From assembly GCA_964035545.1 (NCBI GenBank), contig OZ037768.1:10014741-10078740 (forward strand): a stretch of DNA of 64,000 bases, written 5' to 3'. The stretch comes from Bugula neritina (Eukaryota; Animalia; Bryozoa). Positions 1 to 13,800 of the stretch are shown here, piece after piece (the stretch's first letter is position 1; every line of letters starts with the position of its first letter). The position numbers and the translations under genes were made by a program. The notes below the pieces were generated by a model. The model was not told the DNA's origin. It did not search any database and was given only the letters and a program-made list of their open reading frames with translations.

Positions 1-1
1 A

Positions 2-3000
2 TTCCATGGTTTCACATCTTCCATATTAAATCTGGCTCGTGGTCTCAGAAGCACAGAGACATCTGCAAAAAGATGTTCTGTTGCAGAAGACAGTATAGAT
101 GAGGAAGTTTCTACCTCACACGATGTTCAAACAGAATGCTCTCTCAAAGATAAGGAGGCCAGTCGGCTTCTGCAACTCAAGAGGGTGGATAAAACTGCTA
201 GTCTAGTGACTGCTAGCTCAGACAGCTTACCAAGGTGATTACACAAACAATTTATCTGTTTTTTGCTAATTTGTTATAACAAGAAGAAAATAAAAGGTTG
301 AGGTGTGGTTTGAACTTTTACATTGGTGTGGTGTGAGCTTTTATTTACTAAATTACAAGCCAACCTCAAAAATGAAGGCTTGCTGGAACAGTATGTTATT
401 TGAGATCTGAATTTTAAGTTATCCAGTGTCATTATTTAACTGTTGCTTTAATATTATCTGATGTCCCATGGATATTCAGTGTTGACAGCAATGCCAGTTT
501 ATTAAACCTAACCATTTTCACTAACTTTCCATTTGAAAACAAAATGTATGGTGTTGCATTATGTAATTTAAGATCATTATTCAACCAATAACAATGTTGC
601 ATTTCTAAATAAGTTGAGTTAGTGTTGATGGTTTTTAAGAATAATGTAACATTGTTCTAACGTGAATAGATGAGTCACACATTGACATAATGTTTTAATA
701 AAAATGGAAGTATCCATCGAAATGTCCCTATATTCATTTTTAGAAATGTAGTCTTTATCAAAAATTAGGCCCCTGCTAATAAAAGTGGGCAGTTGGCTTG
801 CAAACAAATGCTTATCTATAAGAAGTAAAGCTATAAAGTTGATGAGAGGTTTTTTAGATTACCCTTTAACGCTGAAATTTACCGCAATGTCAACACGAAG
901 CTCTATAAGAAGAGTTAATAGCAGCTAATCGCACTCTGAATAACCCTGAGAGCTTGTCATTCATAGAATTATATATTGACTCTGGCAGAGACCACTTCCT
1001 GTCACATGATGATAATAATACAGGACATGGGCCCTTTTTTACGATCACAAAATCTTTTTCTTAAATTTCTGGAAACATTTATAAGGATCTGTGCTTTTTT
1101 GATATCATTCAGTCAATTCAAAGAGCTTTTACACTACATAAATATATTTATGAAATTTTCATTTTGAGCTTATTTTGTAAAAGAATGTTCTTTGTTGTAA
1201 TAATAGCCTCCCTGAGGATGATATGGTGGGCATTGGAAATCTTCCTATGTATGTGAACACTGCTGCTTCAACCAAGACAGCTTCCCCAGTTCCAGTAAAC
1301 TCACATTTAATGAATCATCGGGTGCTGCCTACTCACCGCTGCACTTCAATGGCAGATTTGAGGCTAACAGAGACTGAGGTCAAAAGGCGAATTACACTGG
1401 CTCATGTGATGGATGAACTAGGTTGGCTTTTACAGTTCTCATTCTAACCAATGAGATTTCATTCTTAGAAATTAATATAGGACATTACTTGCTAAGCATC
1501 TTTGTGAAATCTAAGATTATTATTTTGAATTTGAATAATGTTTATATAATAAGTGGTGAAAGATGACATTCAATTTCCACCTTAACTAAATTTTATCAAG
1601 TGTCTAACATTGAAATTAATTCTAATTTGTGTTGATAATTATAATTTATAAAGTGTTTTCTGTATAATTAACCAATTAAGGTGATCAGCTTATAACAACA
1701 ATTTGTGAAACTATGGGGCACACCATTACAGCAGCGGTATTCTTTATATTTCCTTAGTTCAGACTGAGAGAGATTACGTAGCAGCTCTAAAACTGGTAGT
1801 AGAAAGCTACATCCCTGAACTAAACCGTGAAGATGTACCCCAGACATTACGAGGAAACAGAGCTGTCATATTTGGAAATATTGAAAAGTTATACGAATTT
1901 CACAGTCGATACTTCCTTAATGATCTAGTCAAGTGCGAAGATGAACCTTTTAAAATCAGTCATTGTTTTTCGAACCATGTAAGTACTAAGTAGATCAGTT
2001 GGTCATACTGTAAAGAATGCATGTTTTTAAATTTGCTTCACATGGTTTTGTAGGTCTTGAAATATGTATAAACAATATACCAACTAAAATTATTAGCTGA
2101 AAAGTGCAAAATTTAAAACTGGATAAAATATGTTAGAATTTAGTCTAAACCGTTCCTTTTGATTTTTTAATAATGCCAAAACTATGAGGTTGCAGGAGAG
2201 TAGATTTTGCATATATGCACAGTAATGGAACAATTGTTCTCTAATTATTTCTGATCAAATATTATGGTTTGGGATGTGGATTCAATATGTGGCTTCAAAA
2301 CCACATTAGAACATAACTTTTCTTCAAGATTTCTTACCTAAAACACAAGCTTTTCTTATTTACTACACCTGCCAAATTTTAATCATTAGTAGTAGTAGCA
2401 GCAGAAAAATCTGTAACTACTTTTAAGTTTAACGTTTGAATTTTAGGAATCAAAGTTTATGCTGTATGCATCATACAACAAAAATAAACCCAAGTCAGAT
2501 GCTCTGATGCTTGATTTTGGTTCCTCCTTCTTCAAGGTATGACACATGTCTGTGATGCTAGTACGTGCTTAGAAACTTAATCTTGTAAACTCCATTATTC
2601 CCATATAAACACATACCTTTAATAGATTTGTGTGTAATTTGATTATCAACTAATAATAATTGGTTTTTATTTTAAAGTTTACAATATCATATATCAAAGT
2701 GTACAGCTGTGGATGTAGATAAAACACAAGTGTTACTAACACTGACTAAGACTCTTAACAGCTAATTAGTCACCACCTATATAAAAATATCTTGTTGCAA
2801 ATATTTTAATTGGATCTTTCTATGTGGAAAGATCCAAAGCAACCCCATGTCAATCCTTCATTAAACCTTCAAAGAACTTAACTTGTATGACTGTAGATTT
2901 GAAATTTGACACTCTCCGTTCAGGCAGTATTAATTTGACAAGTTGAATTAATACAATTTATGTTATGCAATTTTTACACTATTGAGAAATATAATGGCTT

Positions 3001-6000
3001 TGCAGCTCTTTTACTTGCAGTATTTGTTATAAAAATACTAGATACTTTATATGTGAGTTGTTTTGTGCTTTACTGACCCCCTGTGTAATTAGTAATCAGT
3101 ATTTGGTTAGTCACCCATTTAAACAATGGCATTGAACACAAAGACGTTTGCACTGAAAACTTTCCAGTTATTGAATAACAGAAGCAGTCAATTTCATATA
3201 ATTGCTCAAACAAGTTTCTTCTAAAAACATTTCGAACACAACCTATTTTTAGATTTTATCCTATTTTTTAGGAGTTACGATTTTTTACAGCAGTTTTGCA
3301 TTCAGCTGATGCTGATAGGACTTACAATACTGTGATGTTTTGTCATTCTTTAAAATATCTTACACTATTTACAATTATTCTAACAGTCAAAATGTATTAT
3401 TCCAATGTAGTTATTAATATGACAAATCTAAGGCCTCCCACCCACTTGCTTACGTTATTACTTGTAGGAACAACAGCTGGCAATGGGAGACAAAATGGAC
3501 TTGTCTAGCTATCTTCTCAAGCCTGTGCAGAGAATGGGTAAATACGCATTAATACTCAAGCAAATGCTCAACGTGTGCCCAGAGTCCTTTCCAGAGTACG
3601 AGGAGTTGGTAGCTGCAGAAGAAATGATTAGGTTCTGCCTACAGCATGGCAATGACTTGCTCGCCATGGATGCCTTAGAAGTAAGTGAAATTTTTAGTGC
3701 TAATGCTAAAAGGCTGGTTATTTTTATTTATTATTAAATTCAGTTATTAATTGATCATAATTGAATTGATTTTTAAATTTAAGATTTATTTTGAACATTT
3801 TATACCTTCAATTTTGCACTAGTGATTGAGGACTGTCGGAAATACTTCAACTTTCAACTTTGAAGTAACAGTTTTTGCCTTTGATAAGTTGTGTTTAATG
3901 GTAGGCTCCAGTTTAGCATTTCAATACAATATTATCATGTTTTACATTGCAGCCTATTAAAGTTTTAGCATAGTTAATATAATAAAATTGAATTTATTAC
4001 CCAGGAATGTGATGTGAATCTCCAGGAACAGGGAACCCTTTTACTACAGAATGATTTCATTACTTGGAAGAATAAAAGAAAAACTACGAGACACGTTTTT
4101 CTCTTTGAACATTTAATAGTGCTCTCAAAGACCAAGAAGGTTCTAGGCGGACACGACCAGTATATCTACAAGACGAGTCTGAAGGTATACAGTTCATTGC
4201 TTGCAGCATACACCAACTTTTTTAAAAAAATTTTCTTTATTTTGTAGCTATATCAAATAAGTCAAAATTTTGAGATTTATTAAAGTTAGAAAAAGTTTAT
4301 GCCATAGAACTGATAGAACTCAAACATATTGGTTTTGTAACAAGTTAGTAAAACTATAAAATTTAACTACAGTTAGTAACGCTACAAATAAGCATTGTGC
4401 CAACATAACAATGAAATTAACAGGTACAATGGGCTAACATGTGCTACCAATTTCATCATCAAAAACCCCATCCTCTTAGTAGAAGCTATTATTCTAAAAT
4501 ATGACTTGTGGTGTCCAATTTAGGCTGACATGTGCACATGCTGGTGATAATAAGAAGAGTTATTGCACTCATTGACACTAATTATGTTATCTCATAACAC
4601 AGAAATGGTGTCGAAGCATGGAAACCACTGAATATAGAGTAATTAAAACATTAAGCGGTGTGGGATAGTAACTTCACATGCATGTCATAATATCACGTGG
4701 CGAATAAGTAACTATTGCTTACTCATAGTGACAGTTTTTCTGAGATAACAAATATAGGTGGAGTACTTCGCAATTAAGCTTAAAACGACTTGTTAACAAC
4801 ACTAAGTTGTGTATGGGCGTGCAACTTTCAATGTTTACATATTTATCGTCTTGGAGCAGAATATAACTTTTAGTGTGGGCAGGTCATTTCATAACATGCA
4901 AATCTACGTACTGGTGTGTATTTAGGACTTATCACTCAAGTATTGACTTAAGAGTCAAGTGTTTTATCTCTAAGAAATATAATATCGCAATATATGCTGT
5001 ATTTTTATTATAGGTCATAAGTCAGCTCTGTTGGATCTGTAGATGAGGTTAACTAGTTGACTTATAGAATGTAAATCAATGTAAACCAACTCCTTATGCT
5101 ATTAAACATAATATATCACAGTGTTTGATTAATCATTACTTTATACAGCTTGCTTTTAGGTTAGTTGAACTAAAAATATTTACATTGCATGTTAGAATTT
5201 CTTTGATGACATCTACTAAGGTGCCACATTTTGAACACAAAGCCAAGCTAAGCACATACACCTCCTTACTTCATTTCTCTATTTGTAAAGTTGTAATTTC
5301 AGACGGCTGATATGGGATTGACAGAAAATGTTGGTGCCAGTGGAGATAAATTTGAAATATGGTTTCGAAAACGAACAGGAGAAAGTTGGATGTTTCAGGC
5401 TAAATCTTCTCAAATCAAAAACCGATGGGTGAATGTCATAGAGAAGTTATTGTGGACTCAAGCACTAAAGAATAGGGAAAGTCATCTTACTGATCTTTCT
5501 ACGATGGGCATTGGCCATAAACCTTGTCTTGATCTCCAGAAAAGTGATGACAATATCAATGATAGGTTTATACCATGCAATAACATAACAGGTAATTCAT
5601 ATATAAAATATACAAGTGTACTTAATTACTAATATAAAATATAATCTAGTAATAAAACAAATTGCAAGTGAAAATCTGAAGAACATGAGTATATAACTCC
5701 AAGCAGCTTTAGTCAAACAAATAAAGCGTTTTACTAATTTCTAATATAATATATTTGTGTATTTAGAAAATGATAAAACTGCTCTGGATGGATTAGCCAA
5801 TAAACATGCGAGTTTAGACAAGAAGAGACCTCATTCTGTAATTTCATTGGCCACCAGCAGCAGCTCATCAAACGCGTCATCAGGCAGCACCAGTACATTT
5901 GCAAACAGACGGAGTCTCACTTGGTTAGACTTAAAAGCCGCTTTCACTGGTCAGTATTTATGTTACAAAATAAATATATTGAAGAATTTTAGAAATTTCT

Positions 6001-6674
6001 ATGACTATGACACTTCTTCTAGCTTGATAGATTTGTTTAGCAATTTATATTATATGCTTTCAAGTTTGTAGCAGAAAAGTTGTGTATTGATACCAAATTA
6101 TAATTATTTTGTAGGTAAAAAATTAGAAAGTACTCGAAGTTTTAGACTGCGAAAAATGTTTAAATCAGAATCTAAGCTGAACAGGTGTGACTCAGGAATC
6201 TACAGCTCTTCAGACATCGGAGGACCAATCAGTGGTAGTGTCAGACGGTCATCTCAATTCTGTCCGAGTACCGAACCTAATATTTCCATGAAAAAGTTTT
6301 CTGAGTCTGAGGTATTTATATTTTGTATTTATGTGCTTGCACAGTTTGCATTATAATTATACTCAAGAAAATATTGTTATAAATTTTCAAAAGAGGCAGT
6401 CTTATTATAAATACTAATGTTGAGAAAATAAAAGCCACATCTTAAATGAGAACTGTCGTAAAAGAAGTTATGCTCTCATGAAAGTGTTAACTTGAGCCTT
6501 CAACCAAAATTTATAGACAACAAGAGAACTTAAACTATTAAAATTTTTCTTTTATTGCACCTAAATGTTAATTTTAAGAAGTTGCTCTTTGGGTGTGTTT
6601 TTTACAAGTTGATATAAATTAACTGATGACATTTTATTGTATCCTAACTCTGCTTATGTATATTTTAGGTATAA
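2..6674 (+). CDS. PLEKHG4: Puratrophin-1-like RhoGEF (PLEKHG4/PLEKHG4B/ARHGEF40 family), DH-PH region and C-terminus; 5'-partial
   Basis: Phase-consistent GT-AG exons: <2-234, 1207-1421, 1758-1978, 2447-2536, 3468-3680, 4005-4184, 5303-5591, 5767-5949, 6115-6311, 6669-6674. DH motifs HVMDELVQTERDYV, IFGNIEKLYEFH, YNKNKPKS, YLLKPVQRMGKYALIL and family-typical RFCLQHGNDLLAMD. PH motifs RHVFLFEHLIVLSK, MGLTENVG and FEIWFR. The exact paralogue is uncertain. Confidence 0.88.
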
Positions 6675-7826
6675 CTGAAGCTATCTCAGTTTCCAGAAAA
6701 ACAGCGGATTTCAGCTATTTTCTTTCTTCCATGAGCATATTATATGACTGATTACAATATACTCTCATGTTTTGAAATTTAATTTAGCAATTAATCTATA
6801 CTCCATAGCCTTGTATTTTTACATATTAATTAGATTCACCACATCTCTCATTTTTCTCTTATTTATGATGTACAAATTATTTCAATATGAGAAAAATAAT
6901 TAGCTACATTTATTAACTTTTAAAGCATGCTGTATTTTTTGTAATCTTAGTTTGTTTTTTACTTCTGATCTATAATTTAAAGTAACATTGTATATTATTA
7001 TTTACTAAAGTTTTCGAAATATTTTGTTCTAATAATATGAATTTATATCACCCTAATCATAAGATATCTGTAATAATATATTTAGACTAAAGTTATTGAA
7101 ATACACAATTAACACATAATCTTTTTTGAGATTAAATATCTTATTGTGCTAAGGCAATTTAGATACAAATAATATATCAAATGTTATCAATTAATAAAGC
7201 TAATGAAGCAATGGTATTAAACACAACAATGTATACATATTTTAACTTTTTGGCTACCTACGCATTATGTAATCCAGTGTGGAGTGACTGCACTTTTCTT
7301 CTGAGACAATGGTTTTTAATTTAACTTTAGTAACACTTTGGATAGGTATAATAATGGTCTTCTACCTTGTGGAGATACCTAAGGATAGAAAATAAGCCAG
7401 TTCAATTATAGAATTATCCTATTTAAATCTAGGTATGATAACTCTGTGGTAAACAACGGTTTAGTATGCATGTTGTAGACCTGTTAGTAGAGTTGATAGG
7501 AAATAATATACATGATTTATTATTAGTGGCTTTATGATAATATAGAGTTATCGTCACCTTGTTCTTTTAAATTTATCAAGTGCGGGACGAGTGTAATTTA
7601 CCGTATATCGTTCTCAATAAATAGACAGAACGTGTTAAACAGTCACAGTTTATCAAACATTGTCATTTCTACAAGTTCCGAAGTAACTTACTTTTTCAGA
7701 AATTGTTAACATGATATTTACATTATGTGACCTGTATTCGTTTCTGGCAAATATTTATTTAGAAGTATACTGTGCTTGTATTATATGTGTGTAGCAGTAC
7801 ATTTAAAGTAGAACACGTTCACTATT

Positions 7827-10800
7827 ATGGCTAATAGTGGTGAAGATGCTTCTAACGATGATGCTATTCGTTTGCGATTGGAAGGCCCTCAAAAAACTAG
7901 GTAAAATAAAAATTATCTTTTAAATAAATACTTAACGCTTAGTCTTACTCTTTGATTTCAAGTTAAATTGAAAAATGAAAACTATAATGTTTTAACCAAA
8001 AATTAATTTATTATACAAGCTCTTTAAAAAAGGGTATATAAATAGTATTCAATAGGCACAGCATGCAACAGTAATTAGTTGTCAAAATTTCACTTGACTT
8101 TTTTAAGTTTTAAATTTATCAGTAATCACTATGATTAAGTTAAAGTCAATATCAACGATGTGCAATGAAATTATTAAAAGTACTGATCAACTTAGTTAAG
8201 GTTATGTGCTTGTATAGAGTCAATGTAATATAAAAAGTCTAGCATTAGTAGTAGCACAGTATAACTATAAGTATAACTATTACTATTAGCATTTGTAAGA
8301 TTATCATTATGATTATGTGTCACAGTTAGACTGAGTGTGATAGTCGTAGTGTGGGTATTAGTATTACTATTGAAGTACTATGAGTATCTGCATGGCTCAC
8401 AGTAATACCAATACTAATACTAATAGTAATAATGGTGCTGCTGTTGTGATTATCATATTGATTGCCCACATTACTAGTACTACAGCTATGATGATAATTA
8501 GTCTATGGGTACGACTGGGAGTTTTATAATAAATATAAGTTATGGGTATTAGTATATTTAAGAGATTTAGATTGAGTACAGTACAGTACATGTAGTTCGT
8601 GCTACAGTGACTGTTAGTCTTATTAGTTATTAGTAGTAGGTAGCTGCAAATTTAGTATAAAGAAGATTAACATTAATGCAACAAAGTTTTTAATAATTTA
8701 TAAAACTAAAAGTAGGTTAATTTTCATAATGTTCACTGTAGTCACTAATTTGTTGAATTCATTTAATTTTTGAAGATGCCCTTTTACTGTTTTATTGGAT
8801 CTTGAGCTATACATATTTACAATGGTTTACTAGATTGATGAAATCAGAGTTATAGAATTATAATTAATAGTTGATGTTACGTGTTGTAGTAAATTAATCA
8901 AAAATAGCTATTGTAATAGTTATCTTTTACTGAAAAAAACAAATTTGTTAGCTTTTTAAATATTTTAGTTCATATTATCACATAATTAATTTCTTATCAT
9001 GGTTAATTAGATAATGATAAAACTATCATTGTAACATTCAATATATGTAAATATTTGAGCTAGAGCTTGAAATAAACCCAAATTAAAATCAAATTAATAC
9101 GTTTTTAGTTCTACAATATGATTATACCTGACTATCAAAGTCATTAAAATTCGAGTTCCCAAAGCAATAATAATTAGGACTTTTATGCTTGTTAGTGGGT
9201 AGTAGCTGACCCTTATGATATTACCTTATAAAATCATAACTCACCCATAAACTATAAATATCAAGTGTTGACTAAATTGTTTTAATAAAATACCGTTAAG
9301 ACATTGATTTACTACTTGTATGTATTTAACATTAAAAATAAGCTATTTCAATTTTATGATGTTCAATATTTCAGTAGGTAGTAACTTTGACATCTGTAGC
9401 AAGTAATTTTATTTGTTTTTCTCAGTCAGCAGTACTTTTAGCCTGTGTTACAAACTTTTGAATATTTTTAGTTTGTTCATGCTTAAGAATGTTGATAAAT
9501 GGGTAAGGAGATGTTAGAACTTAAGCTACATTTCTAGTCTTGAAATTTTATACTGCCTCTGAAAATACGGCCTTTGCCTCAATTCTTACATTAACAGATA
9601 GAATGGTTAAGAATGATGCTATGGGGTGTCTTCGGGTGGGAATTCTATTTGAATGCTTGATTTGTTGTTAGCTGGTATCATGGGAGATTGAGCAGATCAG
9701 GTGCTGAAAAGATACTTGGTGAATTTGGACAACCCAAGTGTTTCCTGGTTCGGGAGAGCATAAGTAAGCCAGGTGTTTATGTTTTGTCTTACCTCGGAAT
9801 GCCGCCATCGACGGAGTTTAGCCACTTTCGGTAAGATTGAATATCATATTGTATATCAAATATAGGGAGCTGCTTTAAGGGAATTCTTAGCTTTTCTTTG
9901 TATATACTTGTAGTATTTTTATCTAGCAGACAGCAGCATATAAGTTATACTTCCAATAAATTACAGTGTTTTGGAATAAACTTTTCAGATACTGCAACAA
10001 TTTAAAAAATTATAGAGGCTATTAGCAATTTAATGAGTCAATTTGTTTTCAGTTTTTTTCAGATGTGAAGTTATAAGTATGTTGTGACTGCAGTTGTGTT
10101 TGAAGTGACCAAAATGACAACTACTGATATTATTTATTTTTCTAAGCACTCTATAAGCTGTTTCAAAATGCTAATAGATTCTACAAAAATTTAATTTTGT
10201 CAAAGAACATTTACTGTAGCTAGTATCTGCTTAGTTCTTGTTTAAAACGAAAAGTTTTTCAATACAGAAACTATAGTCAGCAGTGCATACAACCTGAACT
10301 ATTTTATACTATTGTTCTCATTTTCAAGTTTATCATATAATGTATCATACAATTGATAGCATCACATCTATCTGTGGCGAGTATTACACTGGAGGGAGGC
10401 AATTCTCATCTCTAGAAGATCTGGTAGCTTACTATACGGACCACTCAGACCTGTTGCCAGGAGAGAAGCTCACAGTTCCTGTTCCTCCAGATAAGGTACC
10501 CTGAAACTCTTTACTCTTTAGTAGGTGTGCCAGGGATACGCTAACAGATTTCACTAATACTTAATAGTGAAAAGCTAGTAGTTATATAATGTATTATACT
10601 TTATAAGCTACTCCATAATTTAAACCATTGACCGACCGCTATGCTCAGAGCTGCATAATAATAGACTTGAAATTGGCATTGCTTTTTAGTCTCTTAAGCA
10701 GCATAAATGTGAGTTGTTATGCAGTGTACTAACGCTTCTTATATATGTTAAAGTTTTCTGACAATTAACAGATTGCCATAATTTTTATTATTCGTATGCC

Positions 10801-13800
10801 TACAATGCTAGCTTGACTCAATTTGGCAGGGCGTAGACGACGTAAGGTATGTGAAAGCCATGCTGCCGTACCATGAGAAAGTCGCGGACACAGACGAGCT
10901 GGAGTTTGAGAAAGGAGACATCTTCAAAGTATGCAATGGACTCGATGATGGTTGGCTGTGGGCCATAAACCAGAGAACTGGAGATCGGGGCATCATATAT
11001 TCAGACCTGGTGACGGATATTAGAGTCAGTATTGTCATCTGCTTCTTCAGACTACCAAAATAATATATAGTTGAGCTAATTACTGCAGCACAAACTATTA
11101 AGTAAATAGAAAGTTAAAGTAAGACTCTATTGAGACGATAAAGGACAGTTTTGTAGCATGATAGTCTTTATACTTACAGGATGATCATGATGTGGAAATT
11201 ATAGACGAACTAGACTACTTCCACCCCACTATAGTGTATGATGAAGTGAAGGAAGTATTGTCAAAAGGTTAGACATGCTATTAGTTGTACTAAATGTGAA
11301 GTCAGTAAGGTATATAAATGATTGAATGTATAAATGCAGCGGCGCATTGATGAAATAATACATGATGTAAGGCAAAATTGTATGATGAAATTTGATCAAA
11401 AATCTGTATTTTTAAATTGTCATGACATATTGTCTTATATATGTGTTTAGTGTTATCAGATGCAGGATTATTTCTAGATCAAAATTTTGTGCTGATTATA
11501 AATTTACAAACTCTAGATTTGTATCCCTACCCAAACTCATGTTATTGAAAAAAAAGCAAATCGATATCTTGGATGGGTAATAAAAATGCAACAGAACTTT
11601 CTGATGTTGGAGAGGTCTTTGTTGATGATTTGAGATGTTAGATGACCAGATCTCTCGAAGCTCCTATAGTGACAATTTCATGATACATGCGAAAATAGAA
11701 ATTTCTCCTCAACCTGTCATCATAGCAAACTGTAATATAAGCATAAACATGTATTATAACTAGGTGGTACCCTTTTGAAGCCGGCTACCACAGCGATCTT
11801 ACAGGATATCTACTCAAATCAACTTCTCCAATATATCATTACGCAGCACGTATTTTTGTTTATGCTTGTCTAGGCCTGTCTCCCTCTTTTATGTGTGGTT
11901 ATCAATTTTAACCTTCTTGCTACATCTCAGTGTGGACAGTCTGGACAGTTTAATTATATCTTCATAAGGTTTGCACTGTTCATTTTAAAATTTAGTTCAA
12001 TTGTTTATTTTTCTTTTCAAGTTGGAGCCATATTTCTGTACTTACTAGTTACATGGTGTTATCACCCCGATTCCTGCACATCTTGTAGCTCTATTACCAT
12101 ATCTTGGTAGGTTTCTGTTCAATTCCAGGTTCCTTCTCTATCTAACTCTGTCTCATTTGTCTTTACCGCCGTTATTTAGTCATCTAGGGTCAGCCTTTAT
12201 GTCATGAAATTTTTGTTTTGGTTGTGTTTTAAGCTAGTTTCCCTCCATTCTCATCTCTGAAATTCTCCTGATGGCCTCTAGGTTCTTGCTTGGCAACACT
12301 CTGCTACTCACTCTGCTTGTCTGGTATCTGCTGAGCTGTTATTTTCTTCATATCACTCCTGTTGTTACATCTCACTTTTATAGAGTAGAGCCTTATTTGC
12401 TGTAATATTCCTGTTTTTCAACTCGTATGTGCCTACTCTTGATGAATCTATAGAAATGTTCTAAGAAATTTTAACATTTCCTATTTTATTGATTTTAAGT
12501 CTATTTTCAGATAGTATGCTTCTGAGATCATTAAAGATTGCTGCTTGCTTCAGTCAAATGCTACCAAATTCAATTGTTTGATATTCATTTTTTTATTTAT
12601 TCGGGACAACTAGTTATACAGCAGTTTCTACTGATTGTTAGAGGGGGGAGGCAATTGCTGCAGATGGCCTTTTTTGTATTTTATATTCTATTAAATTATC
12701 TATCAACTCTTGTTCCTTGAGTTCTCTTTGCAGTACACATAGAAGTTATTTTAAATATACTGATCCAATTATTATTATTATTACTACTCACTATAGCATA
12801 ATGTAACAAGAAAATAATATAATGTGACACATTTGTACAAAAGAAAAATATAAAAATTACAACTTAGAGTTTTACTAACTAATTTGCATGGTGTGTGACA
12901 ATATGTAAAGAAGTCATGTTCAATAGCACTATAGGAAATAAAACATACCTTTGTACTTTTATAAATATAAATTTATCTACTAGTTGAAACCGACTAACTA
13001 GCTGAACTCCTGGGCACAGACTGGTAACTTTAGTAAGAATAGCTGGTAGATCTCAAATAGCATGAGAAATAGCTTTATTCTTATTCATCAAAGCAAAGAT
13101 AGCCCAGCTTTTTTATGATAGCTATTGGTAATCCTTACTCTAACATATTCCTATTGTATTTTAAACTCTAAAATGCTTATTGTTTCTTACAAGTTCTGAT
13201 TTTTATGTTGAACTTTAGGTCATGTTTAATAATTCCTCCAAACCACACCTTATGATGGTTCTGTAGACCTTCCATGCTGTTTCTTCACCATATGTCATGG
13301 CTTGGTCAGCTGGTACTTCTTCAATCACACACCTGGGTACATGAATAGCAGAGGGGATAACCCAGTTTTTCTCTAGCTATAATGTTTCTTTCATTTTAGT
13401 AGTATTCATGATAACATGTAATTATGATCATTCCTCATATGTCAAAAGAGATGTTCTGGCATTCTCCTTAGGCTGGCTCTAGAAATTTTTATTAATCCTT
13501 TCTAACTCTAAAAATGATTGTAGTTGATTAACTCCTCAGTTCATTATTTAATGGCTAAACGTCACGTCTACAGTGCTCCAGCTAAACTAAGCCCGCGTTG
13601 CCATACTTCTGGTTTTCTCTCTCCCAGCACCCTGAGTCTTCTCATACCATATAATTGCATAACTTAATGAAAAAACTTCCTTGGTGATTTTTAAAAGCTA
13701 GATGGTCTCCTTCACTCATGTATTATAAATAAAGCACTTTAGCACAAAAAATACTTCAACTATTACATTAAATTATTAATAGAATCTATACAGTAGGATT

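Noticed and set aside
858-880. piggyBac-like terminus ACCCTTTAACG (also at about 45431-45447)
   Set aside because: No matching partner end at a plausible distance.
10812-10829. Alternative in-frame RASA1 acceptor adding LDSIWQ
   Set aside because: Possible, but spacing relative to known RASA1 favours 10830; it cannot be resolved without transcripts.
11560-12420. Possible decayed retroelement in a RASA1 intron (similar GC-richer patches at about 40800-41570 and 43200-43800)
   Set aside because: No convincing RT, endonuclease or transposase motif, and no TIR or TSD could be read; needs RepeatMasker or BLASTx.
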